Source: Azolla caroliniana (taxonomy: Eukaryota > Plantae > Polypodiophyta). From it: a DNA stretch of 64,000 bases. The position numbers and the translations under genes were made by a program. How positions within the stretch are numbered: the stretch's first letter is position 1; every line of letters begins with the position of its first letter. This document shows positions 10,494 to 24,278 of this stretch, one piece after another. Below the pieces are notes generated by a model. It was given only the letters and a program-made list of their open reading frames with translations. It had not been told where the DNA came from and did not search any database. The stretch covers positions 16,678,001-16,742,000 of the forward strand of contig JBHGNT010000010.1 in assembly GCA_043228905.1 (NCBI GenBank), written 5' to 3'.

Positions 10494-11124
10494 TGTCGTA
10501 GTGTATTTCGTACACTACGTAAAAAATGTATATAGTATTAGATTCAATGAATATGAAGAAATAGAAGAAAATATAAAATTATGTATTACATGCATAAGGC
10601 AATATTCAAACCTTGTACCTCCATTTACTAATTTAAAGCCTTACCATTACACTAACACATCATGAGTGTTAAAAAAGTAGATATGTCACATAGAAAGTTC
10701 AATCCACACATATTTTCTAGGACAAAGCTTTAGTTAGAAGAAAAACGCATGATAGAAAAAAAAGCTACACATGCACATCTAGTGTGCATGAACACTTTAG
10801 AAAAGCATGATGCTATGTTTGGCCTCTTCCATCACTTTATAAGGAAGAGAAAGATGTATATCATGGATTTATTTATTTATTAAAGGTTGGTTAATAAATT
10901 ATATTCATGGGATTCACGAATTTGCCATCGATTTCTCTATTGAAATCTAAATTCATATTCTTTCCTAAAACATTAATTAATACACTATACTCTTGGGATT
11001 CACGAGTTTCCTATCTCTCTTTCTTATAATCTATTCATATTCATAATTAAAATCGTCTCAAATTCTTCCTCGTCTTAGTCCAAAACCCCAGCACGCAAAT
11101 GATCCGGCGCCGAAAGGCACGACA
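10494..11124 (+). mobile_element. Solo LTR of the TGTCG...CGACA family with a 4-bp ACGT TSD
   Basis: Begins TGTCGT and ends ...tagtccaaaacccc...gcacg...cacgaca. ACGT lies on both sides (10490-10493, 11125-11128). TATA-like ctttataagg at ~10835. Confidence 0.8.
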
Positions 11125-11159
11125 ACGTTAAACACCCTTCACATTATGGGGAAGTTCCC

Positions 11160-12300
11160 ACTCAAGTACATGCTGCATTTTGGGCGACACCATGTATATG
11201 TTGGCATGTGATACAATAAACCCCTAGAACTCAATCTCTAGCACAAAGAAATCACACTTTTCAAATTTGGCAAAGAGGTGGGCCTAATAGAGATGCTCCA
11301 ACATAGTGCACGTGATGAGACGTGTGCTTATCTTTGTTGTCAAATAAGATGATGATGTCTTCCATGTACATGGTGACTACCTCACCCATGTCCTTGAATA
11401 GGTCATTCAAAAATACTAATTAGAACCTGACTAGGGCATTGAGAATACCAAATAGTTCTACAACATAGTTCTCTATTGGTGAATGTGCACCAAATTGTAG
11501 GCACTAGGGAGGTTGAGCTTCGTAAACACCTTGGCATATGACAAGCAATCCAAGCGTCGAGTGGATATGCAAGTGAGAGGGTAGCGGGTTGCACATTGTA
11601 ATGGCATTCACTTTGTGATAATCCACACACCAACATAATGACTTGTACTTCTCATCAAGAAGCATAATGGGTGAAGCACATATGAACTTGCTAGTATGGA
11701 TGAGGCCTATGGCAAGGTTGTCATCAAGGTATTCACAAGTGTGCGGCAATCGTCTTGTGAAAGAGGGATGACTGGATCAAATGGAACTTGTGCATCATGA
11801 ATGAGGTTGATATTGCAATTGTATGGTTAGTGGGGAGGAAATTTGTCTACATTGGCCTTGGTGAAGACATCTGCAAGGTTGTCCAACTCAAGTGAAATCA
11901 TAGGTAAGGCAGAGGGGGAAACAACCGTAGTGCAATTAGTGACCATTTGTAAGTGGATAGTTACAGGTTCAACAACCCCAATCGATCCCTAGTTGCATTA
12001 TTGAAGCCACAAGATACCCAACATAATGGGCACATGGGACACTTCCTGACATCAAACTGCAAATCTTCAACGTGACCACTAGTAGGTCATGCACAAATGG
12101 TTGTAGAATGAGGCTTGCCACAACGGACTAGTGGAATGCCATGCACACGGGAAAAGTTGTGAGTGTTCAAATAGGTTGTGCAACTAGAATCGAGGACGGT
12201 AACCAGAATGGGAAAATCAAAGGATGCATGTTGTATTTGTGCCATCAAGTAATGAGAGTCTATTACATGAGGGTGGTTGATCAAATTACATGGATGGAAA
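11160..12300 (-). mobile_element. Highly decayed Ty3/gypsy (Tcn1/chromovirus-like) protease-RT remnant
   Basis: Degenerate motifs YLDDNLAIG...SPIMLL...SLCWCVDYHKVN, YMEDIIIL and FAKFEKCDF, with many stops and frameshifts. Confidence 0.7.
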
Positions 12301-12877
12301 ATTAGCGTTGGCTTGGTGGGGACAAGGGCACTAGAGAAGTGAAAGACATGGACAAAAAGATGGGGATAGGAGGGAACTTAGAGTTGATTGGGGCATGGGA
12401 AAACCCCAAACGGAATACAAGTTGGGGACTTGGAGGTGTGCATGGTTGTCTTAAGACACGGGGTGGACTAGGGATACACAAAAACAAGCTTGCAACAAGC
12501 AAAATATCAATGGAAGATGTGGGACGTAACAATAATAATCATGGAAATTTGGAGGGCCTTGAACTTGAAATAGAACTTCAGACTATAGGTGAAACATAAT
12601 GTTAAGCTAGGCCAAATGCCCACATTGTGCCCAAGTTGTGAAAGGGATTTGTGCTTGGTGCAAAAGGAAGTAGAAATGATCGAGGCCTAGGCGAATGACA
12701 TGATCCCTCTCATCACGTGGCAATTGCCTTGGAGCAGTCTTCTGGTGTAGTGCCCAACATGACGTCATCTTTAGCATCTACGAGAAGGGGTGAGGAAACA
12801 TGGAGTTGAACCAAACTTTGGGAGTGTTCCAATGCCATGGATCCCTACACTACAAAGGGTCAAGTTAGGTTGGCCTC

Positions 12878-13329
12878 TTGAGGGGGGTGTCAAAATTGTG
12901 AATGAACACAAACACTAATACTGGCTTCTCAAATTCAATTGATGAGGAGAATTCTTGGAGCTCCATGATTTGTCTGACGATATGTGTAGTACCTGGCAAT
13001 ATATGATAACATGCTAGGGTTACAAATGGAATAAAAGAACATAAACATGACTAGAACGAAAACAATAGTATCAACTAATTACTAGGTACATGCAACACAC
13101 CATGATGGGTGTGGGGTTTATACCTTAAATGGGTATGTGATTGAATGCCAGCAAATAAATGTGATGTGGCATCATCATGCAAATGGCCCCTCGATAATAT
13201 GGGGAATGCCAACAAACACAAGTGATGTATATGCTTATTTACCTTTAATGTTGAGTGATCACAACATTCTTAGAGCAGAATGTGACTGGGATCGTGGTCT
13301 TCCTTAAGAGCGTTCATGTTTTTCTAACA
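12878..13329 (+). mobile_element. Possible PPT plus old 3' LTR remnant
   Basis: ttgagggggg followed directly by TGTCAAAA (12888), with a possible ...CTAACA end at 13329. No partner LTR in the window. Confidence 0.3.
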
Positions 13330-16300
13330 CTCATCACATCATTTGATGCACTCATGCGTATATTTAAATAATGTGGGCCACCACAACCCAACTTGGAGGA
13401 ATTTCATATGTATGTGCACGAGTTTGTATTTGGTGATTATGTGCGCCAAAATATGTAAATGTGTATATAAATGTTGTGCAAGTTTGTGTGTCCTCACATT
13501 TTTTATGTGTATAAGTGTTTATTTGAACCATGTTTGTGTGTCGATTATGTGAATGTGTAAGTGTATGTGTTCTTTTATATGATTAAAAGTATAGGTGTGT
13601 GAGTTATGTTTATTTATGTGTTTGATTCAATAATTCTAACCGGTAGGGTTAGACTTTGAGGATAAATATAATTTTGTTTGTGTGTGTGTTTTGTTGAAAC
13701 CTAGAGGTATTTTGGAAATATACAATTTCCTTAGGTGAGAATGTATGTGATTGAGTATTGGGTATTGGGTATTGGGAAAAGAGAAATATCAGAGGCTCAC
13801 AAAGGAAGGTTTGGTGACAATGAGGTCGAGTGTTGTAGGCGGCAATATAGAGGTCGTGGCTCAAAGAGAAGACTAACATGTGTAACATTGCTTGTCATGC
13901 CCTAATGCAAGACGCCATCCAAAAAGGAATTCCTTTGTGTATAGGAGCTCTACACAATAGAATTCATTGAGTTCTACCATGATGAGTTCCACACATAGCT
14001 TCAACCTAAAGTTTGCACCATATATACTTCAACTCTTTCTTTATATGAGTGCACTTAACAATATGTAACTAGGAAGTACTTCCTATATTGGCGTATTATG
14101 TGATTTCTCATTTTCTTTTATTGTTAACATTATTTAAGTGATTAGATGTGAAATATGTATTATTTATGATAATCTCTTTCCAAATCCATCAAGTTTAAGA
14201 TAGAAGAGTTTGATTGGGAAGTTTTTTGTTAGGCATGCTCAAGAGTTGTTGACAACTCCCCTCACCTGGTTTGCTCACATTAGGGTGCATATCCCTCCAT
14301 CTAGTGCTTCTTCTTGTGTCTTGCGTATAGTAATCAAATTTCCTAAGTGCCATTTAGTGCTTATGATGTTAGCCATTTTCCATTAACTAACATTCCTAGA
14401 CTACAAGAATACAATGACTCACAACGTTTGCTAGGACATAGGGGTTTTGATTTTATATAACTACAATTACTCTCATGCCACTTTAATGAATATTTTTCAT
14501 TAACATTACCCTTTAAAAAGTAGTTTTATCATTCTCACTCTTTCTTTTGAGGAAAATCATGTCAATGTCAATCATCTAATGCAATCATTTTTCGTACCGA
14601 ATTATTAGTGTGCATGATCTTGAGCTAAAATTATGATGCATTTTTAAATGAACATAGCAACAAACTCATTACTCTAGAGTTGAACCCATAACCTCAATTT
14701 TACAATGCAAGAGCACAGTGACGACAAAGTACTAGTGTTCTAAAATTTCAATAAGATAACATGGTGAATCTACAAGGTATCAAAGGTCTAGAGTCTCTTA
14801 TAGAGAGTCTAAAGCAATGATTTCCAATTGTGCTTTAGCATGGAAATGTCATCAAATCATTTTTCAAAGGTAGGATGTGTAAAGAGGGTTAAAACTTACA
14901 AGTTCATAAATTCACATTTCAATATGTAAGGGGGGAGTGGATTAGATTACCCATGAGTAGGAGAGGAATGAAGGCAATTTAGGATGCAACAATACAATGT
15001 TTTTCCCACACATGATGGGAATTTTCGCGTTCAGATACACAATTTGCATTGCGGCCTATCATTTGTTGAAGGATCCAATATTATTCAATAAATATGTGAA
15101 AACATTGAAATTTCCTTTCAATTTATCTAGAAACATTTTACTTGATTTAAGGTGAGGCAATGCAAACAAGTACAACTTATACTTTAAGCATAATCACATA
15201 AGAACATAATAAAATGAGTGTAGGTCTTGTATATAGGGGATTTTCCGAAGGTTCACACACACAAACAAAGAGACATCTAACCTTTACAAAGAGTGCCCAC
15301 ATCCCTTGGGCCCTCATGATTTATTATATGATATATAGCCTACTTTGAAAGTGATGACCATTCGGCATGAGGCGAGTCACATCCTTAACTTAGACCTTTC
15401 AACATATTGTTGTTGTGTCAAGTACACACTATGATATGCAACAATTGAACTCTCATATTTTATACCTCATTATCAATGTCATTAAGCATGGGCCACAAGG
15501 AAAGGAGTGGTCATACTGTCATATCCATTTACTTTCTAAAGGGAAGGCTATAAACTCGACTCTCCATAAACCCATATTAAGCTTTGATTGACCCTAGAAT
15601 CACCTTATCAAGTGCTTTTAAATGAATAGTCAAGGTTTGGATGGGTGCAACAGAAAGACCTAGAAAAAATGTGTGCACCTCCCATCTCCCCTCACAATTT
15701 ATCGTACAATCTTACAAGGCTTCATGAGGGAAGTTTCCAACAATCATTACATCTCAACAATACATTGAAGAGTTTTAGTTGAAAGCTAAAATGTGCCTCC
15801 TACCCTTTAGAATATTCTAATGATCATGTCACTACATCCTTTCACATGAACCTTCCAATGATTAATATACGTACATAAAAAGAAGAACCATCACATTTAT
15901 GTGTGTTGAGTATGCGGGGAAAAGTCATGTTAGCAAAATTAAAATAAGAACTTTATCTATTTTAGTGTTCATAGAAGAAGTATATTACCGCCTCTAAAGA
16001 TGCCAACATAGCATAAGAGACCAATAAAGATGCTTCAAATTGAACCAATAAGCCAAATATAAACAACACCTCATAAAGAAAAAAAGGTAGTATAGTGCGT
16101 GAGAAATGAGGACCAATTGTAAGCGTCAATTGTTTGAAGCATTTAAAGACAATCTACAGGCACGTTCGCTTGGGAAATTGATCCCAATGATTTTTTTAAT
16201 TGAAACATTATGTGAATACCAATATCTCTAGAAGTTACACCATACATCATGAGGTTTACTCCTATGACATATATATACTCGAGAAGGTGAATGTAAAGTT

Positions 16301-17395
16301 TAATGACACTCCATTAATCTCGAATAAAAGCTCTCTAAACTTTTCATTATCCAAATTTGGAGATAAAGGGATATGTAAAACCATGCTCCACATATGTGCA
16401 TTTGTAGATGATCGTTGCAGTATAAATATATATATATGAAGCACGTGTTCTTACGAATTATGTTAAAAGTAGCTTTAAGTCCATATAAAACATTTGACTT
16501 GAATGCATATTTAATATGATTTGAGTCATAAGCGTGGGGAGGCAAAGAAGCACACTTATGAGCTTGTTCATAGATATAACCAAATTTGCAACCAAGGATT
16601 GTTGGAATGTATAAACAAGATTATGTATCTAAATTAACCATGTGAGTGTGGCAAAAATTAAGTCAAGTGCCAAATTTGTGGTGGTGGTTGTCCCCAATTA
16701 AAAAGAAGCCCAAAAGGACAACAAGCTAAGGATATGAATTGACAAGATTAAAATGCAATCTAGACAAAGCTTATAGCTAGGCACTGAAATGATCGGTGAT
16801 AGAAAGGGAGAAGCTACACAAGGATGAAGGCAAGAGGCGAGCGAACGACACAAACGGTCACGAGGAGCTGTACATTAATAACACCAGGATGATTGCCGCA
16901 AGAGTTTGGTTCGGATTGTTGTCAAGGGGGGTAAAAATAATGGAATATATAAAATAAAGTGATGGGGCGACGGGTTGGAAAGGGAAAGAAAAGGAAAATA
17001 TGTAGTTGATAGGTGTGGCTTCCATACCTTCAAAGTCGAATGATGCAAGTCGATAGTGGAATGGGGGGGGGGGGGGGGTCCCAAAAGGAAGTAGTTGTCT
17101 TCATACGTTGTTCCAATGAGTCAATTGATATGGGGGGAGGGACCCGAAGGTTGGGGGTCGAAGAGGTGTGGGCAAGTGAGCGTGCATGATGCCAATGTCA
17201 AGCCATGCTTATAACCAACAAAAAGGGAAGGAAAAGGCGGATGGTGATAGAACCAAAGAGTGGTCATGGGAGGGGGGCTATTACGAGAGAGAGCTTCGTA
17301 GTATAGGTAGTAAGTAGTAAGTAGTCATAGTTAGTCTGACCAGAAGGCCAAGAAGAGGGTAGTTACTAGTATTCAATGTTCATTGTTGGTCGGAC

Positions 17396-17693
17396 AGAAA
17401 AGGCCGAGAAGAGGGTAGTAGTCATAGTTAGTTGGATAGAAGAGTGTAAGGGGGTGGGCAGAGTTTTCAAAAGTGAGGTGAATGGGCGGGTGTCCAATCA
17501 ATCCATGTTGGGTTTTTTTGTTTTGGTTTCTTCGGTTTCTCGGTAGAAAAGGCCGAGAAGAGGGTAGTAGTCATAGTTAGTTGGATAGAAGAGTGTAAGG
17601 GGGTGGGCATAGTTTTCAAAAGTGAGGTGAATGGGCGGGTGTCCAATCAATCCATGTTGGGTTTTTTTGTTTTGGTTTCTTCGGTTTCTCGGT
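17396..17693. repeat. 149-bp tandem duplication (2 copies, 1 mismatch seen) downstream of the S40 gene
   Basis: 17396-17544 and 17545-17693 are identical except gggcaGagtt versus gggcaTagtt. Confidence 0.95.
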
Positions 17694-17778
17694 AGAGAGC
17701 GAGGGTTTTAGGTGGGGGGGGGGGGGGGGGGGGGGGGGTTAATAAGTGAAGGAAGGAATCATCATGATTTCATGATCA

Positions 17779-18402
17779 TCAGAGGAAGCCGGTGCGTTTC
17801 CACACGGTGTTCCTCACGTCCCGGAGGTCTCGGCCTTTGAGTGTCCGGCCGGCGCCTTCGGTCACCGAAGAAGACGGCTGGCGGACGGTGTAGGACATGA
17901 GGTGTGGAGGCGTGGTCGCGGTCACGTGACCCGCTTCATGCCCATCTCCATGCCCATAGCCATGCCCATAGCCATCTCCATCTCCATGGCCATAGCCATC
18001 GCCATAGCCATCTCCAAGGTGCAGGCTTCCCACCATATCATCTGTGCAGACACAGGATCGATCCCCTCCTCCACAAGAGGCCCTTCCCCTCCCCCTTTGG
18101 AAGGCGTATGGCACGTCCATGGGCGCAGATCTTGCTTCTGTGCTGCCCTGCTCCGATCTGTTATAATAGCAGTAGCCATAGCCATACCTCCCTTCTCCTT
18201 CACCCTCCTCCTCCTCCTCCTCTTCTTCTTCTTTCTTCTGCTTCTGCTTCTGCTTCTGCTTCTGCTTCTGCTTACCCTGCCTTGTCGCCGATTTCTTACT
18301 CATGAATTCCTGCTGCTCATTACTTCCTCCTCCTCCCCACACCTCCTCCTCTGAGAACTCCTCCCTCTCATACCTCCCTCCACCCTCATAATACTCTGAC
18401 AT
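17779..18402 (-). CDS. Senescence regulator S40-family (DUF584) protein, 207 aa, intronless
   Basis: Family motifs EFSEEEVW, SAPMDVP, PPH and the C-terminal SVTEGAGRTLKGRDLRDVRNTVWKRTGFL. Confidence 0.93.
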   Translation of the reverse strand: MSEYYEGGGRYEREEFSEEEVWGGGGSNEQQEFMSKKSATRQGKQKQKQKQKQKQKKEEEEEEEEEGEGEGRYGYGYCYYNRSEQGSTEARSAPMDVPYAFQRGRGRASCGGGDRSCVCTDDMVGSLHLGDGYGDGYGHGDGDGYGHGYGHGDGHEAGHVTATTPPHLMSYTVRQPSSSVTEGAGRTLKGRDLRDVRNTVWKRTGFL

Positions 18403-19656
18403 TTCCTCTCTCTTTTTCTTAACCCTAAAAACAATTTAGCTTCAAGTTAAGTTTATCACCAAACCAAAAATTTAAAAATTTTTAAAAAAACCCTAATCTA
18501 CCCTAAAAATCCTCCCAAATTCTACCTTCTTCTTCTTCTTCTGTTTCCTACATTCTATCTAACCCTCTCCCCCCCCCCCTACAAATAAATCCTCCCTAAT
18601 CTTAGCCCCTAACCCCCAACCCACCACCAAATTAGATCTTCCCTCTAAAACTTGAAGCTACACACACCACAACAATGATTCTATCCCAGATTAATAATGC
18701 CTACACCCCACAAATCAAACCAATTTTAGCCCCCTAACCCCACCAAAACCAATCTTTGCTAATTAATTAGCCCCCCCTTGCCTAATCCACACCAATGAAA
18801 TCTCCCCTAATTAGTCCCTAACCCACAAATGGACCTGTCTTGATTAGTCCCAAACCCCACACACCAAAACAAAATTCAACTAAATTAGTAGTACCTAGCT
18901 AATCAATCCTCTCCTGATTGGGCTACTAACTCAACACAAAATCAATCTCCCTAACCCACACAAAAAAACACTCTACCTTACTTTTAGTACCTAGTGCACA
19001 AATTAATCTATGTAAAACACATATTTATAACCCTCACTTATGACTAAATCCCGCCAAGGTAGAAATGGATATATCCCTAAGTATAAACTAACCAACCAAC
19101 CAATGTGTAAATTGTGTCCCTAACTAAGCAGAACTCAGCCATGAATGTCCATTACTAGGCCTAGTGTAGCACTACTTCTATCTCTATGTATGAATCATTC
19201 CTCACCTCCCCCTATGACATATATATAATACACAACACACTCATATTGATATAACCCTGTCACTAACTACAACTAACTCATGGTTTTTTCTTCTTCTTCT
19301 TTTGGTTACAATAAAACCTCACTACTTCACTAACCTTTGATGCTAACCATATCAATGAAAAGACCTTTTGGCTATGTAGATATATGTATGTATATATATA
19401 GGCCTGACCTAGGTATGTGTTTTCTCACTTCTTTTGTTGTGCTGAAGACAAAAAAGAGAAGAAAAGAACCACCCCCCACCCCCAAAAAACAAAAAATCCA
19501 AAAAAAAAAACACATGAGATTTTTGTATGAATATTGTATCCCAAACACAATTGATAGAGTGAGCATGATGGTGATGATGATGATTGAGTCATGTAATGTG
19601 ACCCATGTGAATGGATTTTTAATAGAGGATTAGACACACATAGCTCTACATGTGCA

Positions 19657-19690
19657 TATGTATATGTATATGTATATGTATTATATATAT

Positions 19691-19736
<46 letters not shown>

Positions 19737-19737
19737 C
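19657..19737. repeat. (TATATG)n microsatellite
   Basis: Visible hexamer run with one interruption. Confidence 0.9.
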
Positions 19738-20460
19738 ATATGTGTGTGTGTGACATGTGTGCATAGATTATTTATACCAAGATAAAAGGTGTGTACTAAA
19801 AGAGGTGCCTTGTCCCTTTGAGGAACGCTACCCTTTAAGAAGGCCTAGCCTAGAGCATATGAATGCTAATATCGCCTATGGTCAGTCACACTTTTGTCCG
19901 TCCTCACTAAATGTGAACATTGTCGATACCAAAAATATATTATATATACACATTACGTGCGCACATGCAACACATTCATGGCACTCAACAAACAAACAAA
20001 AAACACACCCCGCATCTTTTTTTTACATGCATGCATACATACCCATTCGTGAGTCACCTTGCTATCGCATATTGCGACGCAACTTAATATCTATATCATG
20101 ATTCATTACTTCTATGCTCGACTTCCCTTTTAACTTTTTTTTACATGGATTTTCTATTTCCCCACAAGGGTGTGTGTTTAATTCATCCACTTTGGAGTTT
20201 CAACGAGCTTGTGCATTTATCCCATCCCCCCCCCAATCAACAAAAAATGTGAATCCCGATGAATTGAGAGTAAAGACAAAATAGCCTTTATTAATACACG
20301 AGAAAACGAATAGAAAGATCAAAAAAATCCAGTCGATGAAATTTGTTTGAGCTGAGTACATCATACATTACATACAATAGCCACAAACTTTGATACAATT
20401 TCGTCACGACTCACAAGTTAAACTCGTTTCCCCCCTACTTTTTTAACTTATCCTTATCCA

Positions 20461-20497
<37 letters not shown>

Positions 20498-23400
20498 ATG
20501 TTGGGGTGTGTCAGCATTTGGCATCTGGTACATTGACTTCGACCACGTTGTCTTTTTTGGACATCCATTAATACATTTTCTTCACTTCTCATCTAACCTC
20601 TCGACGTGGTAGTTTCCACACCCTATTTTAGCTGTACTACCACATGTGTTCTCCCTTCTCCTCCTCTGTAACTTGGAAATTATATCCCTTTTTGAGCCAC
20701 CCTTTGGTATAATATTCAAGATCTGATTTCTCCACAATCGATGAAACAATTGACTAGACATACATCTTCTTTCTTGAAATTCTAGGTGAAGAAGTCAAGT
20801 TTTGTATGGTACTTTTTTTTAGTGGCACTCGAGGTATCAATATTTTTTTCACTTAAAACAACACCATTTCTAATGTGTTTTGTCCGTAGTATTATCGAAA
20901 TTAACTCTTGATCTCCCAATCCAAAGAATCATGGCTTAGGTTTCAAATATGCCACATCTATTCTAACTAACTTACCAACACATGTCCTCGTAATTTGAGT
21001 TCTTTCAACCCACTGGTATAATATTCAACATAGAATGTGCCGACAACCAATTGGATAACATATAGTCATACATATTACTCCTTGATATTTAAACATATGA
21101 AGCTTAAGTTCGATAAAAGAAAATTTTATTTGCACTCAATCACATGGCACTAGTGTTAGGGCCATGTTCACTTAACAACAATAAATTTCTCTTTGCATGC
21201 AATGTCTAACGCGTTTTCTCTCCTCATTACCCTATGCATATTGGTAATATTGAAAGTCAAAACTCATTCCAAACTCCGAAAAAAAAACACAACATTCCTT
21301 CGTGCTTCATCCACGTGTCTCATTTTTCAAATACTCCACACCTGATTCCTAACTGATTCAAAAGCACATGTCTTTGTAACTTCGGTCCTTTCAAGCTACA
21401 CCAAGTAAAAAACTAAGAGAAAGTGCACCCACAACCAATGAAATCGAGAATACCCATATTCTATTTTTTCTTGGTATCCTCACACAAGAAGCTAAGTTTT
21501 TTGAAGTATTCTTATAAGAACTCAATGGGGTTTTTCTTTCCAAAATCGCTCTTCAATATAAATTTGGTAATATTAAAGTTAACTTCTAGAATCCATTACT
21601 AGCAACGTATCAAAACAATTGCTTCACTCTTCTCCCACCATAGGGCCTAGCAATTTTCAAATAAATTGCACCTATTATAAGTAGGGGAAATTCATTCACG
21701 AATCACAACCAATGAGAGAGGGTAGCATACATTTTCTTTCTTGATATCCTAACATAAGAAGTAACCTTAGGTAAATAATAATAAACTTTATCGGCACTCA
21801 TGTGACAATGATATCAATCATTTTCGCTTAATAGTGTGTATTTCCCCGTTGCATGCAATACAACACTTTCTTTTCTCTAGCCATTTTTCCAAAATGGTAG
21901 TTCGATATTCAATGTTAACTCTGTCCACAACATGCCTTTTGCATCGTTATCAAGCTAAAGCATGGAGACATTTATATTTACACCCATGATAGCTAGAAGC
22001 ACAAAATTAGAAAATAAGTCTCTCTCACTACACAAAAGGGGTCATAATTACTCAATATGAAGGTACTAAATCAATCGTCATTCATACCAAAGGTAGATCG
22101 GTAACTTTATTTCTTAACTAAGATAGTACTGCATGAAGAATGTCGTTTTACAATTGGCTCGACAATTGTAGTTACATTCCTTATAAAGAAAGATGAGTGT
22201 GAATGTGAGCTAATTGGCTAGTAAATTTATGGAATGTGTGAACACAAACAAGACATGATGGCATTTCCTTCATACATTATAGTTTACTTTCAACAAATAT
22301 GTGAACATTGTGTGGTAGCAAGAAAGCTTGTCATGCGTGACATTAAGATTGTGGGTTCAAATCATGAGCCATTCGCTTGATGTTGCATTCATTATAAAAC
22401 AAAAGTCTTCATAAGTTTACTTGAAGCTATCCATAAGGCTTCACAACATTGTCATCTTGACTGAAAACGATAAATAAATCAATGTGATGATCAATGGCAT
22501 CACAACATTGACAATTGTCGTTTTCTTCATAATACAAAGAGTGAAAATGATTAATGAGTTAATATGATAAGATATACTTGGTTGGCCTCATGACATTGAC
22601 GTTGTCATTTTCTCCACAATACAAAGAGTGAAAATAGTTGCTTCACTCTTTAAAATGAAATGATAATAAATCGGTTTATTTGGTCATATATTTATGACGA
22701 GTTGTGTATTGTGACGAAGTACAACCATTTAACAACCATATATATAAAGATGATACGCCAACACATTGTAATCAACCGCATAACCACGATCATAATTTAT
22801 CTTATCTTATCTTAAAATTTCGGTACATTAATCACGCATCATGTGACTATACAGTAAACACATCAACCCTTTATTTTCGTTCTAAAATGTTGAAAAACTA
22901 ACTCATTCCAATTATATTCTTAGGCATAACCTATTTGTTTTCAGAATGGCAAACATTTTTTACATCATAACTTTTGGATAGGGTTGTCCCTTCATGTGAT
23001 ATGTATACATATTGATATAACCATTAAGCTTTAACAAAATAATCCAAGGAGAAAACAATAATCGAAAGATTAAGCACTTTATGGGGCATTTCCCAATATA
23101 AGCAATGTCACAACTCTACCCATTCATTTTTTTCCTTTGAATAATCAACCTCATTTAGTAATATATATATATATATTTATTTATTTATTTAATTTAACAA
23201 TGGAGGGTTTTTTAATCCCAATGTTGGAACAACAAATGTATTAGCACATGATGTTGTCATTTAATATGTTGCAATGCACATGTTGGTGAGAGAAGGACGT
23301 GTTGTTCTCATGAGCGTAAGTAGTTTTTATAGGCTCCAAATGCCCATGATATGAAAGATGTGTTTGTTCTTCATGCCCAGGATTGGCATAGCACAAGCTC

Positions 23401-24191
23401 TCATTGGCACATGATTATGACATTCAAAATTTGTATAGATATACATAACACAGGGTGATTGGTCAACAAAACAAATATGTCTTCCCGTGCACATCGTCTC
23501 CTCATGGATTGGATTAACGTTACTCAATCCACCCTTACATTACATGTGGCCATGCAAGCACAATACACACATGTCACTAACCAATTCCATTACTAGAATA
23601 CTATTCATGGCCTACATCATAGTATGTAACATCCTCGAATGCATTTGAAAACATTTGTTTTCATTCGTTTGCAAACGAATGCATATGTTATGAAAACATA
23701 CTTATGTTTTCTTTGACGTTGTTTCCCTTCACTTTCTTACCTTGCAAAAATGTTTTACCTTATAATAAATAATAAATAATGTTATGACTTGGTAGTCTCC
23801 CACCATTTGGTTAAAACAACAATGCCAAGTCTAGACCTTTTAATACCTTCTTCTTGTATGTTTATTAACCCCCCACAATACCTAACACCTTACATGACTT
23901 AGAAGTTAGGAAGACACTAGTGTTTGCACATCCTAATCACTCTCTTCATTGTATGCATTGTGACCACTTAGTAATTGAGGTGTGGTTAAACATATTGTCA
24001 CATGTATAATTACTTACTTGCCTTAATATGGTTAAGGTTGAAGCCTCTAAAGGGCTTTAAGAAACTCCTTATTAATGTTGTCTTTGTGAGAGTGGTGCAT
24101 GACAATTAGCAAAATTAGGGTTTATCCTCTTATGTCTTTGTTCTTTTTTTTTTTGTTCGCTACTACAACCCTAATAGTCTGAACTGAAATA

Positions 24192-24193
<2 letters not shown>

Positions 24194-24275
<82 letters not shown>
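24194..24275. repeat. (CT)~41 microsatellite at the LINE 3' junction
   Basis: Perfect CT run abutting the LINE 3' end. Confidence 0.95.

Positions 24276-24278
<3 letters not shown>

Noticed and set aside
15200-16560. Faint coding-like stretches possibly from old transposons
   Set aside because: Motifs too degraded to assign by eye.
17902-18354. Overlapping ORFs with (HS)n, (MA)n and poly-L tracts
   Set aside because: Alternative readings of the microsatellites inside the S40 CDS.
22305-22375. tRNA-like GGTTCAAATC motif (similar weak ones at ~14680 and ~62180)
   Set aside because: No cloverleaf or convincing A box. At most very old SINE debris.
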